NCBI GenBank assembly: GCA_002011125.2
Contig: MTMF02000009.1
Location: 808,989 to 872,988, forward strand
Reading direction: 5' to 3'
DNA from: Candidatus Hydrothermarchaeum profundi
GTDB taxonomy: Archaea > Hydrothermarchaeota > Hydrothermarchaeia > Hydrothermarchaeales > Hydrothermarchaeaceae
DNA length: 64,000 nucleotides
Positions 8,402 through 18,648 of this stretch are shown here, piece by piece; position 1 is the stretch's first letter, and the number at the start of each line of letters is the position of its first letter. Below the pieces are notes generated by a model. The model did not search any database, had not been told where the DNA came from, and worked only from the letters and a program-made list of their open reading frames with translations. The position numbers and the translations under genes are program-made.

Positions 8402-9184
8402 ATGATAAAATATTATAATCATTTTGGCCAACACTTAACTATGAAATTTAAATGCTTTATTTTAGATCTTGACGGAGTAGTCTACAAGGGTAATGAACTC
8501 ATAGAGGGGGCCGATGAGAGAATATCTAAGATAAAGAAAAAAGCTGAAGTCTACTTTCTAACCAACAATTCTACTCTCAGCAGTGAGGACTATGTCGCTA
8601 AGCTGAGGAAACTAGGAATATCTGCGGAAGAAAAAGAAATCATAACCTCGGGATATGCGGCGGCATGGTACATAAGGAAAAACATTCCAAATCCAAGGGC
8701 CTATGTGATTGGTGAAGAGGGACTAGTTAAAGAGTTGAGAAAACAGTGGATCGATGTTGGGCATAGAAACTGCAATGTCGTAGTAGTAGGTTTAGACAGA
8801 GGATTTACCTATGCAAAACTTGCTTGGGCCATGAAGCTAATATTAGATGGAGCAGAATTTATAGCCACCAACACAGATAGGAGACTTATAACTGAAAAAG
8901 CACTACTCCCTGGGGGAGGGGTCATTGTTAAAGCGGTTGAAGAAGCATCTGGTAAAAAGCCTATTGTCGTAGGTAAGCCCTCTGATATAATGGCTAAAAT
9001 TATTCTAGAAAAAGTTAAAGCAAAACCCGAGGAAGTACTTTTAATAGGCGATAGACTTGAAACTGATATCGCTATGGGTAAAAAGATGGGAATGAAAACA
9101 GCTCTAGTTCTCACCGGACATACTAGGCGAGAGGACGTAGAAAAAAGCAGTATTAAGCCAGACTATATACTTGATAAACTCTAG
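8402..9184 (+). CDS. HAD-IIA (NagD-like) phosphatase; start probably at 8441
   Basis: DLDGVV, LTNNS, GKPS, IGDRLETDI. Confidence 0.92.
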   Translation: MIKYYNHFGQHLTMKFKCFILDLDGVVYKGNELIEGADERISKIKKKAEVYFLTNNSTLSSEDYVAKLRKLGISAEEKEIITSGYAAAWYIRKNIPNPRAYVIGEEGLVKELRKQWIDVGHRNCNVVVVGLDRGFTYAKLAWAMKLILDGAEFIATNTDRRLITEKALLPGGGVIVKAVEEASGKKPIVVGKPSDIMAKIILEKVKAKPEEVLLIGDRLETDIAMGKKMGMKTALVLTGHTRREDVEKSSIKPDYILDKL

Positions 9185-10155
9185 ACCTTAAAGCATGCGA
9201 CATAATGCCCTGCTCCAACTTCAATCATCTCAGGTTCCTCTGTCCTGCATCTATCTGAGGCTTCACTACACTGCGCCCAGAAACGACATCCTTTTATAAC
9301 TCGCCTAGGAATCGCTGGAGGGAAAGTCCTCTTTTTTCTTCTCTGTGGATCTGGAATAGGAATAGCCTCAAGCAGCATCCTGGTGTAGGGATGTAAAGGA
9401 TTTCTAAAGATTTCCTCTGTATCCGTCATCTCCATTACCTTCCCCAGATACATAACGACTACTCTATCACAGGTATTCCTTATCACAGAGAGATTATGAG
9501 CTATAAAGAGATAGGAAAGGTTAAAGCTCTTCTGAAGTTTCATAAAAAGATTCAATACCTGTGCTTGAACAGAAATATCGAGGGCGGACACAGGCTCGTC
9601 AGCAATTATTAGCCTCGGCTTAACTGCCAATGCTCTTGCTATGCCTATCCTCTGCTTCTGTCCTCCACTGAACTCATGCGGATACCTCCTCATGTGCTCT
9701 CGCTCCAAGCCAACTGCATCGAAAAGCTCCTCTACCCGTCTTCTTCTTTCCTCAGGGTCTCTAACTCCATGGATAATCAAGGGCTCCTCAACGGCATCTC
9801 CAACCGTCATCCTAGGATCTAGAGAAGCATGAGGGTCCTGGAATATCATCTGAACTTCTTTTCTATATTCCCTCTCCTCATTTTTGCTCAGGGAGTTTAT
9901 GTCCCTACCACGGTAGATTACCCTGCCACCAGTTGGCTTCTCCAGCTTAACAATGGCCTTTGCAATAGTTGTCTTCCCGCATCCACTCTCACCTACTAGA
10001 CCAAGGCTCTCTCCGTCCATTATTTTAAAACATACTCCATCAACCGCCTTCACTTCTCCAATGCGCTTAGAAAGCAAACCAGAAGTAATCGGATAATACA
10101 CCCGTAGGTTAATGACTTCGAGAAGACTCATTTTCCCCCTCCATATAGATAGCAT
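9181..10155 (-). CDS. oppF: Oligopeptide/dipeptide ABC transporter ATPase
   Basis: GESGCGKTT, FSGGQKQR, ADEP, HPYT and C-terminal Cys cluster. Confidence 0.92.
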   Translation of the reverse strand: MLSIWRGKMSLLEVINLRVYYPITSGLLSKRIGEVKAVDGVCFKIMDGESLGLVGESGCGKTTIAKAIVKLEKPTGGRVIYRGRDINSLSKNEEREYRKEVQMIFQDPHASLDPRMTVGDAVEEPLIIHGVRDPEERRRRVEELFDAVGLEREHMRRYPHEFSGGQKQRIGIARALAVKPRLIIADEPVSALDISVQAQVLNLFMKLQKSFNLSYLFIAHNLSVIRNTCDRVVVMYLGKVMEMTDTEEIFRNPLHPYTRMLLEAIPIPDPQRRKKRTFPPAIPRRVIKGCRFWAQCSEASDRCRTEEPEMIEVGAGHYVACFKV

Positions 10156-11114
10156 GCCACGGTATGAGTATCCGACACAGGGTATTCTTTGGGTATATCC
10201 TTATCACAGGGCTCGAATTTATATCTACATCTAGGGTGAAATACGCAGCCCTTAGGAGGGTCTATCATGCTAGGAATAGTTCCTGGTATGTATGGGAACT
10301 CTTTTTTAGCTTTCATTGTAGTTGGAAGACACTCAAAAAGACCCCTCGTATAGGGATGCAAGGGCTTATCAAATATCTCGTTAACCACGCCTCTCTCCAT
10401 TATCTTTCCTGCATACATTACCACAACCTTATCTGCTATCTCAGCGACGATTCCGAGGTCATGAGTAATAAAAAGAATAGAGAGGCCCTTATCCTTTAAT
10501 TCTTTGAAAATCTCCAGTATCTGTGCCTGCACCGTAACATCTAGAGCAGAAGTAGGCTCATCTGCGATTATAATCTCAGGACCACAGGATAAAGCCATTG
10601 CTATCATCGCCCTCTGCCTCATTCCCCCTGAGAACTGGTGGGGATACTCGTTTACTCTCCTTTCAGCCTCCGGAATTCCGACATCGTTTAAAAGTTCAAT
10701 GGCTCTCTTCTTAGCCTCACTTTTCTTCATCTTCTTATGTTGGATTATTTGCTCGATAATTTGATCTCCTATTTTTAGCACAGGGTTCAAAGAAGACTGT
10801 GGGTCCTGGAATATCATAGCTATCCTGCCTCCCCTAATTTGTAAAAGCTCTTTCTCTGGTAGGGTTAGCAGGTTTTTTCCATTGAATAATATCTCGCCAT
10901 CAACTATTCTAGCTGGAGGGCTATCCAACAGTCTCAATATGGATAAAGCAACTGTAGATTTTCCAGACCCAGATTCCCCTACTAGGCAGAGACATTCTCC
11001 CCTATCTAGCGTGAAACTAACCCCATCAACTGCCCTAACAATACCGCTCTCCGTATAGAAATAGGCTTTAAGCCCCCTCACGCTAAGCAGCTCATTTGGT
11101 AGGGTCAAAGGCAT
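10128..11114 (-). CDS. oppD: Oligopeptide/dipeptide ABC transporter ATPase
   Basis: GESGSGKST, FSGGMRQR, ADEPT, HPYT, GCxFHPRC. Confidence 0.92.
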   Translation of the reverse strand: MPLTLPNELLSVRGLKAYFYTESGIVRAVDGVSFTLDRGECLCLVGESGSGKSTVALSILRLLDSPPARIVDGEILFNGKNLLTLPEKELLQIRGGRIAMIFQDPQSSLNPVLKIGDQIIEQIIQHKKMKKSEAKKRAIELLNDVGIPEAERRVNEYPHQFSGGMRQRAMIAMALSCGPEIIIADEPTSALDVTVQAQILEIFKELKDKGLSILFITHDLGIVAEIADKVVVMYAGKIMERGVVNEIFDKPLHPYTRGLFECLPTTMKAKKEFPYIPGTIPSMIDPPKGCVFHPRCRYKFEPCDKDIPKEYPVSDTHTVACYLYGGGK

Positions 11115-11994
11115 CCCTCAAACCATCTCCTAAAAAGTTAAAGGCCAGCACCGTTAGAAATAACAGTATACCCGGCTCAACAGCCACCCACCACGTAGTA
11201 TCAAGAGAATCCTGACCAGCATTAAGAATTCTGCCCCAGCTAGCAACCGATGGGTCACCTAGTCCTATAAAGCTTAGTGCCGCCTCTGCAAGTATTACTC
11301 CTGGAATGGATATCGTAGCGGTAACGATAATAATACTCAGAACATTCGGTATTAAATGCCTGAAAATTATACGCTTATTACTACTTCCAAGAACAATTAG
11401 AGCTTGAATAAATTCTCTTGTCCTCAATGAAAGAGCCTCGCTCCTAACCATCCTCGCTGTACCCGTCCACCCGGTTAACCCTATTACCACTATTATGAGA
11501 TTCAAGCTAGGACCGAAAATGAAGACTATTAGAACTAAAAGAAGGAAAAAGGGAAAAGTCATCATAATATCTGTGAACCTCATTAGAGCGTTGTCTACGA
11601 CTCCGCCAAAATATGCTGAAGTGACACCTATCACCGAGCCGATGATCAATGCCAGTCCAGTAGCAAGAATACCTACATAGAGAGAGACTCTAGCACCGCT
11701 CACAAGCATCGCAAGGAGGTCTCTGCCCTTGTCATCAGTACCAAGCGGATGCTTAAGTGAGCCTTTCACAACTACCGTAGTAAACTCGCCGCTTTTAATA
11801 TCGTAAACTGAATGTTCTATAGAAAATCCTACGGGAGGAAGGTTTTTCTCTGCAAAGTTAACAGCGTTAGGGTCTCCCGTGAAAAAAGGTCCGAAAATGG
11901 CTACAATAACGAGAATAATTATATAAACTAGCCCGAAAGCCGCCAGCCTGCTTCTCATGGTTCTTTTCCAATAATATTTCACAAGCCTATTCAT
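11092..11994 (-). CDS. oppC: Oligopeptide ABC transporter permease
   Basis: HPLGTDDKGRD, EAA-like loop, EAALSFIGLG, GDGLRDAFDP. Confidence 0.93.
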   Translation of the reverse strand: MNRLVKYYWKRTMRSRLAAFGLVYIIILVIVAIFGPFFTGDPNAVNFAEKNLPPVGFSIEHSVYDIKSGEFTTVVVKGSLKHPLGTDDKGRDLLAMLVSGARVSLYVGILATGLALIIGSVIGVTSAYFGGVVDNALMRFTDIMMTFPFFLLLVLIVFIFGPSLNLIIVVIGLTGWTGTARMVRSEALSLRTREFIQALIVLGSSNKRIIFRHLIPNVLSIIIVTATISIPGVILAEAALSFIGLGDPSVASWGRILNAGQDSLDTTWWVAVEPGILLFLTVLAFNFLGDGLRDAFDPTK

Positions 11995-12967
11995 ACCTAA
12001 TCCTCGGGTCGAGATAGGTGTATGCGATATCAGTTATCAGGTTAAAGAATAAGGTAACCAATGCGCCAATAAGGGTCACAGCAACAACGACCCCATAGTC
12101 ATCAGCGAATATAGCGTTAAAAGATATCTGGCCTAGACCAGGAATACCAAATATTATCTCAGTAAGGTATGCACCTCCGAAGACTACGCCGCTGAGGTCG
12201 AACATTATTATCGTAACCACAGGTAGCATAGCGTTCCTCAACACATGTTTTCCAATAACAACCCTATCTGGCAGCCCTTTGGCTCTGGCGGTTCTGACAA
12301 AATCCTTTCTAAGATTTTCTAGAGTAGAGGCCCTCACATACCTAGTGTAGGCCGCCATAGAACCTGTGCCCAAGGTAATCACTGGCAATACTAACGCCTT
12401 CAAATTTGCCAATGAGAACATGGGTAAAGAGGTGTCATAATAGGTCTTGAACACCCCTAGCTTAACCGAGAACACAAGGATCAGCATTATACCCAGCCAA
12501 AAGTTTGGTATAGAGATTCCGATGAATGAGAAAAACGTGGCTATGTAATCTGCCTTAGTGTATTGTTTAACTGCAGAGTATACCCCTATTAATATACCAA
12601 GAAAAACAGCGAAAAGCATGCTGAGAAGAATAAGCTGAAAAGAATACTTCCAATGGATCTTTATCAGCTCCATCACCGGCATAGAAGTAGAGAAAGACCA
12701 CCCCCAATCTCCATGAAGTAGGCTATTAATATAATCAAGATACTGGATATAAAGAGGCTTATCAAGTCCCTGCCGTGCTTCAACCGCAGCTATAAGCTCC
12801 TCAACGTTTTCCCCCTTCGCAACTAACGTAGCTAAATACTTATCAGCAGGAGAGCTGGGTCCAATGCGAAGTAAAAAAAAGGTAAGGGTGAAGACCCCCC
12901 ATGCTATGAAAATGGCATATATAACTCTTCTAAGAATATATTCCCGCATTGAAGCCTTTCTCGGCAT
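11987..12967 (-). CDS. oppB: Oligopeptide ABC transporter permease
   Basis: GLDKPLYIQY, RTARAKGL, HVLRNA, LDPRIR. Confidence 0.93.
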   Translation of the reverse strand: MPRKASMREYILRRVIYAIFIAWGVFTLTFFLLRIGPSSPADKYLATLVAKGENVEELIAAVEARQGLDKPLYIQYLDYINSLLHGDWGWSFSTSMPVMELIKIHWKYSFQLILLSMLFAVFLGILIGVYSAVKQYTKADYIATFFSFIGISIPNFWLGIMLILVFSVKLGVFKTYYDTSLPMFSLANLKALVLPVITLGTGSMAAYTRYVRASTLENLRKDFVRTARAKGLPDRVVIGKHVLRNAMLPVVTIIMFDLSGVVFGGAYLTEIIFGIPGLGQISFNAIFADDYGVVVAVTLIGALVTLFFNLITDIAYTYLDPRIRYE

Positions 12968-12998
12968 AGTAGAATGATAGAATATTAACTAATGAAGT

Positions 12999-14750
12999 CT
13001 ATGCGAAGAACCACTCATGATAGTTATAACCCATACTTATACCCGGCTCGATACCCATAACATTTTTCTGAAAGCCTACATTGCTAGCTGGGAAGGCCAG
13101 GAAGTCCCCAGGAAGTTCCTCAGACAACAGCCTAGAAAGCTCGCCATAAATCCTTCTCCTCTCCGCCTCATCTAAAGCTTCCCTAGTTTTGACTTTCTGG
13201 AATAAAGAATCCACTTCAGGGTTAAAGTAGCCTTCTATATTCAGGCCTCCCTCAGAGCTGAAGAAGGTGCTACTGCCTGAAGGAGCTAAGGGATCGGTAC
13301 TAAAGCCTATAACCAGCAAGTCCCATGGCTTTTCTGAAACTGCGTCTGGGCCGTTATTAAAGGCAGGGGGCTGATCGCTCCCAGGTACCTTATTTCGTAG
13401 GTACTGATTCAACTCGGTAGCCCAAGGCAAAAATTTCAGCTCTACGTCAATACCGATATCAGATAATTCTTGTTTTACTAAGAAACATATAGACTCTCTA
13501 ACTTTGTTCCCAGAGTTAGTGATAATAGTAAGCTTCAGAGGTTCCCCATTCTTGTCCAAGATCCTACCCCCCTCTTGCTCATAGCCTTCTTCAGCAAGAA
13601 TCTCACTGGCTTTTTCCTTATCATACAAGCCACCTACACCATACATGGAGAGTCCCTCTTCCACATACCATGGCGATGGCTTAGGTATGAAGCTAAAGGC
13701 GGGATCAGCGAATCCAAGGTAGATGGATTGTATTAAGGCATCCTTGCTTATTGACATAGCGAGTGCTTGCCTTATCCTCTTATTCTTAAATCCTTCCCAT
13801 CCATTATTCCTAAGATTCCATAGCAACATAGTATAGCTTGCCGTTGGATTAGTGTACACTTTAATATGCTCCATCTCCTTGAATTTCTTCACTTGCAGAG
13901 GATCAATCACTGTGCTGGTTATATCTCCAGCTTCGAGAGCAGCGTGCCTCGCTGCTGGCGTACCAAGTATCTTTACTATGTACTTCTCAAAGTATGGTGC
14001 TCCTGTCTCCTTTCCTAAATAGTAATCAGGATTTCTTTCTAAGACGAATTTATCGTTTCTAACCCATTCTACAAATCTGTAGGGTCCAAGGTTCCCAGTA
14101 TAAGACAGGTTATTTAACTCTTCAGCCTGAGTGAAAGCCTTAAGGTCCCCCTCATATTTCTTCACAATGTGCTTAGGATACGCCCAGAAATCTGTGATAG
14201 TATACAAAAACTCGGGATCAACCGTCTGCCTAATAAACTGATAGGTCGTTTTATTAACAGCTCTAACCTCGACGAATTCCCTCTTACCATCTACATCCTC
14301 CCTATAGTCATCTTTATAGTTAAAAGGCATCCAGTCTGCAAACATGAGGTTCTTATAAGTATAAACAAAGTCCTCCGCAGTAACCTGCTTACCACCAGTC
14401 CAGTACAAGTCGTCTCTCAAGGTTAAAGTGTACACCAGGCCATCATCAGAGACCTCTATAGGCTTAGCAAGCCAGCGTAGAACTATATTTAGGTCATTAT
14501 CATATGCAATAAGGCCATCCATCGTGTAGCCGACATAGCTGAATGAAGCCTGATCAGCAGCGAAGATCCAATTCAAAGTCTCGGCATCCCCTGCAGACGT
14601 ACCTTCTATAAAGGTTCCCTTAACCTGAGGTATAGCAGGCTTCTCAGTTGAAGGCACAGTCTCCTTCTGTAAGCAGCCTAAACTACCAACCATCGCTAAA
14701 GCTCCCGCCTTAGCGCAAAGACGCAAAAATCTACGTCTCGACAATCTCAT
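12999..14750 (-). CDS. oppA: Family-5 ABC substrate-binding lipoprotein with Tat signal
   Basis: SRRRFL twin-arginine motif, LGC lipobox, SDDGLVYTLTLRDDLYW, GPYRFVEW. Confidence 0.9.
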   Translation of the reverse strand: MRLSRRRFLRLCAKAGALAMVGSLGCLQKETVPSTEKPAIPQVKGTFIEGTSAGDAETLNWIFAADQASFSYVGYTMDGLIAYDNDLNIVLRWLAKPIEVSDDGLVYTLTLRDDLYWTGGKQVTAEDFVYTYKNLMFADWMPFNYKDDYREDVDGKREFVEVRAVNKTTYQFIRQTVDPEFLYTITDFWAYPKHIVKKYEGDLKAFTQAEELNNLSYTGNLGPYRFVEWVRNDKFVLERNPDYYLGKETGAPYFEKYIVKILGTPAARHAALEAGDITSTVIDPLQVKKFKEMEHIKVYTNPTASYTMLLWNLRNNGWEGFKNKRIRQALAMSISKDALIQSIYLGFADPAFSFIPKPSPWYVEEGLSMYGVGGLYDKEKASEILAEEGYEQEGGRILDKNGEPLKLTIITNSGNKVRESICFLVKQELSDIGIDVELKFLPWATELNQYLRNKVPGSDQPPAFNNGPDAVSEKPWDLLVIGFSTDPLAPSGSSTFFSSEGGLNIEGYFNPEVDSLFQKVKTREALDEAERRRIYGELSRLLSEELPGDFLAFPASNVGFQKNVMGIEPGISMGYNYHEWFFA

Positions 14751-14754
14751 TTTC

Positions 14755-15627
14755 TCACCTTACTATCTTAGCAATATCTATCTCCAATATATCCTCCGCA
14801 CCCGCATTTTTCAAGCTCGGGATTAATATATTCACATCTTTTTTTGGCACTACTGTTTCTAAGGCATAGTACCCCGAGTTCCATAGTTTCGAGATAGTAG
14901 GTGTTTTCATCGCTGGGAGCATAGATATAACATCTTCTAATTTATCTTCAGGAACATTCATGCTGAGTAAAACCTTTCCTCTAGCCTCAATTACCCCTAG
15001 AAGAAGGGTTCTTATCTCTTCTATAGCTTTTCTCTTCTCCGGATTAGCCCAGGATTCTTTATTCGCAAGCAACTTCGTAGAAGATTCAAGTATAGTCCCT
15101 ATTATCTTAAGCCTATTCTTCCGCAGAGTTGTACCCGTCTCTGTTAGATCTATCACCACATCCATAAGCTCAGGAACTTTAGCCTCAGATGCACCATAAG
15201 AGTAGTATATCTTAACGGGTATCCCTAGCTCCTCGAAATACTTTTTTGTAAGATTAGGAAACTCAGTTGTAATCCTACTGCCAGGCTTAATATCCTTAGG
15301 GCTATCAATGCTCGAGTCTTCTGGGACAGCAACCACTAATCTAACTACTCCTTCGCCAGTCTTACTATACGGGAGGTCAGCGATTACTTCTACATCTGCG
15401 CCGCTTTCCTGCACCCAGTCCCACCCGGAGATACCTAAATCAAAGTATCCCTCCTCCACGTACTTCGGTATTTCCTGCGGCCTCAGAATCTTCACCTTCG
15501 AAATCCTAGGATCATCTATACTGGGATTATAATCCCTAAACCCAACTTTTACTTCAAGATCTGCTTGCTTAAAAAGTAATAATGTCTGCTCCTCAAGGCT
15601 TCCTTTTGGTAGAGCGATACTCAACAT
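14755..15627 (-). CDS. hisG: ATP phosphoribosyltransferase (long form)
   Basis: IALPKGSL, RPQEIP, DLGISGWD, ETGTTLRKN and C-terminal regulatory domain. Confidence 0.95.
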   Translation of the reverse strand: MLSIALPKGSLEEQTLLLFKQADLEVKVGFRDYNPSIDDPRISKVKILRPQEIPKYVEEGYFDLGISGWDWVQESGADVEVIADLPYSKTGEGVVRLVVAVPEDSSIDSPKDIKPGSRITTEFPNLTKKYFEELGIPVKIYYSYGASEAKVPELMDVVIDLTETGTTLRKNRLKIIGTILESSTKLLANKESWANPEKRKAIEEIRTLLLGVIEARGKVLLSMNVPEDKLEDVISMLPAMKTPTISKLWNSGYYALETVVPKKDVNILIPSLKNAGAEDILEIDIAKIVR

Positions 15628-15669
15628 CGATTCTTACTTCAAATCCCAAATATAAAAAAGCTTTCCGAT

Positions 15670-16584
15670 TTAGAACCACGCAAACCACTCAGGTATCCCC
15701 TCTAATATGATCTTATCTCTCCAGAAAGTTATCCCCTTAACCTTCTCGCTTCTTTTCCATTCATAGGCGTAAATAATATCCTTTACCTTATCCACCTTCC
15801 ACACAGGAGTAAGCTGAGGCTCGGCCTCTTCTATACTGCTTAAATATTTCATCTCGACAGGCACAACGGAGCGTTTAGAAAATATAGGAGCCAAAGAGTT
15901 CCGGAAAGTAAACCACTCATCCCAGTCAGGTACCTCAAGATCAGTTTCTTTCTTATAGTCCTCATAATATAACTTCTCCTTACCCAGCTCAGATGAATAT
16001 GGAGCCGGAGAAGCCTCGATAAGAGCAGCACCTTCAACAACCCACGGGGCGGTAATAAACCCTGGAGAAGATAATTCTAAAGTGAATTCTTGATACCATC
16101 TCACCACTTTAATGCTTGGATTCTCTTTTTCAATTTTCTGAGGGTCTATAGTCCCGCTCCCTCCTATATCATTAACCGTAACCTTGATGATCGCCCCCTC
16201 ATTAGGCTTCAGCCACCATCCATACCTATCCCCTATCTTAATCACATGCTTTATAGGATTACCCGCTTCCGCTGCTCCTCGGCCAGTAAAAACTTCTCCT
16301 CTTCCAAGTAATGATTGCTTATCGTAGGGTAAGCCATAGATCCTCCAAAGGCCAAATTCTCTTACAGCATAGGACTGAGCAAAAGTACCAGAGGCCTCAG
16401 GAGTCCAGCCAGAGGGCAATGCAATGAAAATCTTATTATATCCCCAGTTTTCGATCTTTGCCTCTATCCTTGTGTTAATTTTGCTAATAGATCCATCAGG
16501 CACTTCCAGCATTTCAAATCCAGATTCTGCAGTAACTATCGAGAAACTTAACAACAACGTTAGGGCGAGAATAATCCATTTCAA
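15670..16584 (-). CDS. Secreted Trp-rich hypothetical protein, probably pilus-associated
   Basis: Sec-type signal peptide; lies 16 bp downstream of the DUF515-like gene on the same strand. Confidence 0.7.
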   Translation of the reverse strand: MKWIILALTLLLSFSIVTAESGFEMLEVPDGSISKINTRIEAKIENWGYNKIFIALPSGWTPEASGTFAQSYAVREFGLWRIYGLPYDKQSLLGRGEVFTGRGAAEAGNPIKHVIKIGDRYGWWLKPNEGAIIKVTVNDIGGSGTIDPQKIEKENPSIKVVRWYQEFTLELSSPGFITAPWVVEGAALIEASPAPYSSELGKEKLYYEDYKKETDLEVPDWDEWFTFRNSLAPIFSKRSVVPVEMKYLSSIEEAEPQLTPVWKVDKVKDIIYAYEWKRSEKVKGITFWRDKIILEGIPEWFAWF

Positions 16585-16600
16585 TTCTACCGCCTTAGCC

Positions 16601-17764
16601 CTATTTTTTGGATATAGTCACAAAAATATTCTCCCGCTCAGGTGAAGTAGGAGAAGCCTTCAACACTAGGTCCGGGACTTCGTCTTCACTCACCTCAAAT
16701 AAGATAAGGTACTCTGCCTCGAGGTCACCTATCCCCATTTCGCTTTCTATCCTATTCAATTCGTACCCAAAGTTTCTTAGGCTTTCATCCAAGTCTTCTT
16801 CAGAGACCTTCCCAGCAGCTATAACTTTTTGAATCTCAGAAACATCTACGCTGAAGATTGTTTCAGTTTGCATACTTCTTCCCCCCGCGCTCCCTGCAAA
16901 GCTCCCTGGAAGGGTTCCCCAGCCTCCTGAAGATAATGGTGGTAAAGGAAATGTACTCATTGTCCCTTTTCCTTCTGCTCCTCCACCCGCCTCGGCTTTA
17001 GATTCTCTTTCCGTGAGAGATATCACCCCACTCTCCTTTCCCCTCATAATAGCAGTTACTACAGCATCTTTTGCTAATAAAGTAACATTCTCATCTTCTT
17101 TAAGCCAAATATTCACGATGTTCCCTGGCTCAGCCCATCCTCCAGCTTGTTCTCTGGTTAACCTAATTGGGAAATACTCTCTATAAAACTTGCCCACAGA
17201 TGCATCTTTAAGCTGTATATAGGATAACCGATCTATTGTCTCCAAAACCGTGGTATATCCTCTATAAATCTGTCCCTCGACTTCTATCTTTATATTCTCT
17301 GCGGGCATCAGCTCTTCAACTTTATCTTTCAAATATGACCGCCAAGCCTCTGTGGCAGGAGTGGCGACATCTATTGCACTAATCTGGGCAGTGGTTTTCG
17401 CTTTGTTCAGTTCATCAAGTAAAGACGCTTTTGCGGTAATATATACGGATGGTAAACCCAAGAAGGCGTTATTTATTTCTTTCAGTTTTTCAGACTTAGC
17501 CTGTAAAAAAGCTTGTTCGGCCGCTTTTTTAGCCGCTAGCTCAGCTTCTTTCCCCTCTTGCATTGGCTTATAGAGGAAGGTGTATCCTGCTAGAAACACA
17601 ACTCCTATTATGATAACTATGACTAATATTCCAACCCCCCTCGCCAATCTCCTTCTCCTCTCATCTTCAGGCGACGGTTCTTCGGGAGGAGGCTTTTCTT
17701 CTGGTGCACGCTTCCGTAGGGCCTCTAGTCTACCTACTATATCTTCTGGTTCCTTTTCGGCCAT
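16601..17764 (-). CDS. DUF515-like (CpaB/SAF-like) pilus accessory membrane protein
   Basis: Charged/Pro-rich N-terminus, single TM, coiled coil, PIRLTREQAGG..PGNIVNI SAF-like segment. Confidence 0.7.
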   Translation of the reverse strand: MAEKEPEDIVGRLEALRKRAPEEKPPPEEPSPEDERRRRLARGVGILVIVIIIGVVFLAGYTFLYKPMQEGKEAELAAKKAAEQAFLQAKSEKLKEINNAFLGLPSVYITAKASLLDELNKAKTTAQISAIDVATPATEAWRSYLKDKVEELMPAENIKIEVEGQIYRGYTTVLETIDRLSYIQLKDASVGKFYREYFPIRLTREQAGGWAEPGNIVNIWLKEDENVTLLAKDAVVTAIMRGKESGVISLTERESKAEAGGGAEGKGTMSTFPLPPLSSGGWGTLPGSFAGSAGGRSMQTETIFSVDVSEIQKVIAAGKVSEEDLDESLRNFGYELNRIESEMGIGDLEAEYLILFEVSEDEVPDLVLKASPTSPERENIFVTISKK

Positions 17765-17892
17765 CTTTTCCTCCCTACTTCATCAAGGCGATTCTTATTT
17801 CACGCATATATATACTTTGCCCCGGTAATAACATTTTGAGAAACTCTATGGGCAGGTAGGTTATATGAATTATGTACGTAGTATATATATCC

Positions 17893-18648
17893 TTATATAC
17901 TGAAGATTTCTTTGAAACGTGATAATAGAGAATATTTTGGAGAATATCTTTTACCTATAAGGCCTGCAGCCAGCTTCATTACTTCTTGGGAGGACTTGGA
18001 TCTAGGGTATTTTATAACGAAGGGAGTCTCATAATGCAGTGCTTTTTTGACATTCTTATCATAGGGAATCTTACAAATCACATTGACATCCAAGGTAGCT
18101 TCGACTTCATGAACTTTTACCTCTTGGGGTGTATTCTCAACCATGTTCATAACTCCCCCTATAACTTTAGCTCCCATTCTCTCAGCCAGAATTTTCATCT
18201 TTAAAGCATCAGACACTGAACTCACTTCTGGAGATGTTACAATTAAGACCTCTTGTCCAGCGTCCATTACCATAGCGGCATCTCTCCCCGCGGGAGCATC
18301 TACTACAAGTATCTCTATATCCCGTGGAACTTCTTTTAATGCCGCCTTAAGCATTTCCATATTCTCTTCGTTAAACCCATTCAGAGTGATACCGGCCGGT
18401 ATCAGCTTAACCCCTCGCGGACCCTCAAACATAACGTCCTCTATGCTCAACTTATTCTGTAAAACATCTATCAATGCTACAGGAGGATTTTTAAGCCCCA
18501 TTATAATCTCTAAGTTCGCCATCACGATGTCTGCATCAAGCACAGCAACCCTCTTCCCTAGCATCGCTAATGCAACCGCTATATTCGCAGCCAAGGTAGT
18601 TTTCCCAACGCCGCCTTTCCCGCTGGCGACTACTATCACCCTGGTCAT
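17893..18648 (-). CDS. MinD/TadZ-like P-loop ATPase
   Basis: SGKGGVGKTT, DADIVMANL, DAPAG. Confidence 0.88.
   Translation of the reverse strand: MTRVIVVASGKGGVGKTTLAANIAVALAMLGKRVAVLDADIVMANLEIIMGLKNPPVALIDVLQNKLSIEDVMFEGPRGVKLIPAGITLNGFNEENMEMLKAALKEVPRDIEILVVDAPAGRDAAMVMDAGQEVLIVTSPEVSSVSDALKMKILAERMGAKVIGGVMNMVENTPQEVKVHEVEATLDVNVICKIPYDKNVKKALHYETPFVIKYPRSKSSQEVMKLAAGLIGKRYSPKYSLLSRFKEIFSI

Noticed and set aside
17806-17890. 11-bp inverted repeat ATATATATACT/AGTATATATAT between minD-like and DUF515-like genes
   Set aside because: Low-complexity AT repeat, explicable as TATA-like elements; no convincing RNA structure.
17893-18648. minD as a cell-division gene
   Set aside because: No division genes nearby; the context favours a pilus-associated role, so no symbol was assigned.
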